Below are positions 63,681 through 64,000 of a DNA stretch of 64,000 bases, in pieces. The first letter of the stretch is position 1. Each line of letters begins with the position of its first letter. The notes below the pieces were generated by a model, which was not told where the DNA came from, did no database searches, and saw only the letters and a program-made list of their open reading frames with translations. A program made the position numbers and the translations under genes. The stretch is from Balanoglossus misakiensis (taxonomy: Eukaryota; Animalia; Hemichordata), in contig CM082587.2 of assembly GCA_040954595.2 (NCBI GenBank), positions 6,375,705 to 6,439,704 of the forward strand. The letters run 5' to 3'.

Positions 63681-64000
63681 CTGGAATACAAACAAAAAGA
63701 GATAAATTTGAGATGGTTTTAAAATGCAAGTGTAATGAGATGAAGAGGCTGCAAGGTACAGATGCTTCTGTATAAGATCTCCGCTGGCATGTTTTATCTT
63801 TTCAGCGTTGCACACACTACAATACCTATTTTTTTTTCAAACTAGTCACCACCATATTAGCTTAGAACAATTTTGTCTCATTCTATTGCTGCAATGGTAG
63901 AATTGGACTTGTTCATTGGGCAATGGGGGTGCGTGAATAGCCTACGGAGGAAAATCCTTTACAGCTGATTGTTAAAGTCTATTTATAGTCTCTCTTCCGT

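Overview
Eukaryotic, AT-rich, intron-containing animal DNA. The SCAI gene, the poly-C/poly-G tracts, the GATA microsatellites and the MITE types suggest a marine invertebrate, possibly an ambulacrarian deuterostome (inference, not verified). Bases 1-41,000 contain no recognisable intact gene. They hold MITEs, a LINE remnant, microsatellites, a 3.3-kb higher-order satellite (31.6-34.9 kb) and one orphan candidate micro-exon. Bases 41,600-64,000 contain four spliced genes reconstructed by hand. (1) A 7-exon PhyH-family Fe(II)/2-oxoglutarate dioxygenase on + (proline-hydroxylase-like). (2, 3) Two tandem paralogous 2-exon genes on - encoding secreted precursors I do not recognise: signal peptide, Lys-rich pro-region with dibasic sites, and an acidic, aromatic 4-Cys domain built from an internal repeat. 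(4) The last 12 coding exons of SCAI on -. The two secreted-protein paralogs are the best candidate for something undescribed. Most entries in the ORF track are spurious.
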